Shown here piece after piece: positions 63,739 to 64,000 of a stretch of DNA of 64,000 nt; the first letter of the stretch is position 1; every line of letters starts with the position of its first letter. Below the pieces are notes generated by a model, which saw only the letters and a program-made list of their open reading frames with translations, did no database searches and was not told the origin of the DNA. Source of the DNA: Lichenicola sp. (GTDB lineage Bacteria > Acidobacteriota > Terriglobia > Terriglobales > Acidobacteriaceae); the NCBI GenBank assembly GCA_964658635.1, contig CAZZZP010000004.1, forward strand, positions 7,088 to 71,087, read 5' to 3'. A program made the position numbers and the translations under genes.

Positions 63739-64000
63739 CCTCTTAAGCCGCTGCGCACCACGTCCGTGATAGCGCAAAAGGGGATCGTACGAGCCGCGGG
63801 CTACCTGCGCCGGTCGCGGCGATCATCCCTCTCGCCGGCTCACCCGGCAGCCATCGAAGCGAACGTGCCCTCCCCGCTGCTCTGCCGGAGACACGCCTCC
63901 GCGCCACTGACCTTTGGCCTGAACCTACAGAGCGCCAGCCGGTACCGTAGCCCGCGTCATCGTATACGCGTCACGGAACTTGAACCCGTTCGTGCTGCCC

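Noticed and set aside
1-64000. Search for CRISPR arrays, transposases, integrases, phage genes and known defence or toxin-antitoxin modules
   Set aside because: None were seen. There are no direct-repeat/spacer arrays and no DDE or tyrosine-recombinase signatures. No nuclease, helicase or ATPase gene clusters of unknown function are present. The unknown genes are small, isolated and natively biased in codon usage.
63925-64000. 24-codon open frame on the - strand running off the right edge (...GSTNGFKFRDAYTMTRATVPAGAL-stop)
   Set aside because: Its codon style fits a real - strand gene, but the fragment is too short to call a product or even to be sure it is coding. I used it only as supporting evidence for the strand-bias argument.

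Overview
This is a 64-kb high-GC chromosomal window. It is best read as the dnaA / parAB / yidC region of an Acidobacteriota-like (Terriglobia-type) genome. That taxonomic guess is an inference from gene content: TonB-type outer-membrane proteins over 1,100 aa with a carboxypeptidase-regulatory-like N-terminus, a 1,517-aa BNR plus choice-of-anchor-D-like surface protein, and many secreted peptidases.

I support about 55 protein genes.
- Housekeeping genes: rsfS (partial), rlmH, accD, ruvA, coaBC, panB, panC, thrS, folC, rsmG, parA, parB, hup, mnmE, jag, yidC, yidD, rnpA, rpmH, dnaA.
- Envelope and secreted functions: two TonB-dependent receptors (one paired with a PiuC/YbiX-type dioxygenase), S10, M2 (ACE-like) and M28 peptidases, a beta-propeller-phosphoesterase fusion, and two MFS transporters.
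- Signalling: a soluble multi-PAS histidine kinase and an RsbW/STAS-like pair.
- Several small hypothetical or membrane proteins.

I found no rRNA, tRNA, CRISPR array, transposase, integrase or phage genes, and no convincing defence or toxin system.

The most unusual signals are compositional and architectural.
1. Synonymous codon choice is split by strand: + strand genes use NNC and - strand genes use NNG/NNT. The sign does not flip across dnaA.
2. A block of about 20 kb (roughly 36.7-57.4 kb, panB to jag) has visibly lower GC3 and relaxed codon usage.
3. The classical rpmH-rnpA-yidC-jag-mnmE-rsmG-parAB order is broken in several places.
4. Two perfect or near-perfect parS palindromes lie in the rsmG-parA spacer.
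5. A T10-G9-A-G5 homopolymer block abuts the ruvA stop codon.
6. RsfS carries a histone-H1-like Lys/Ala tail.
7. The giant surface protein has an internal TM plus Arg5 anchor followed by an extra lipobox-like tail.

All compositional statements come from reading codons by eye. No statistics were computed.
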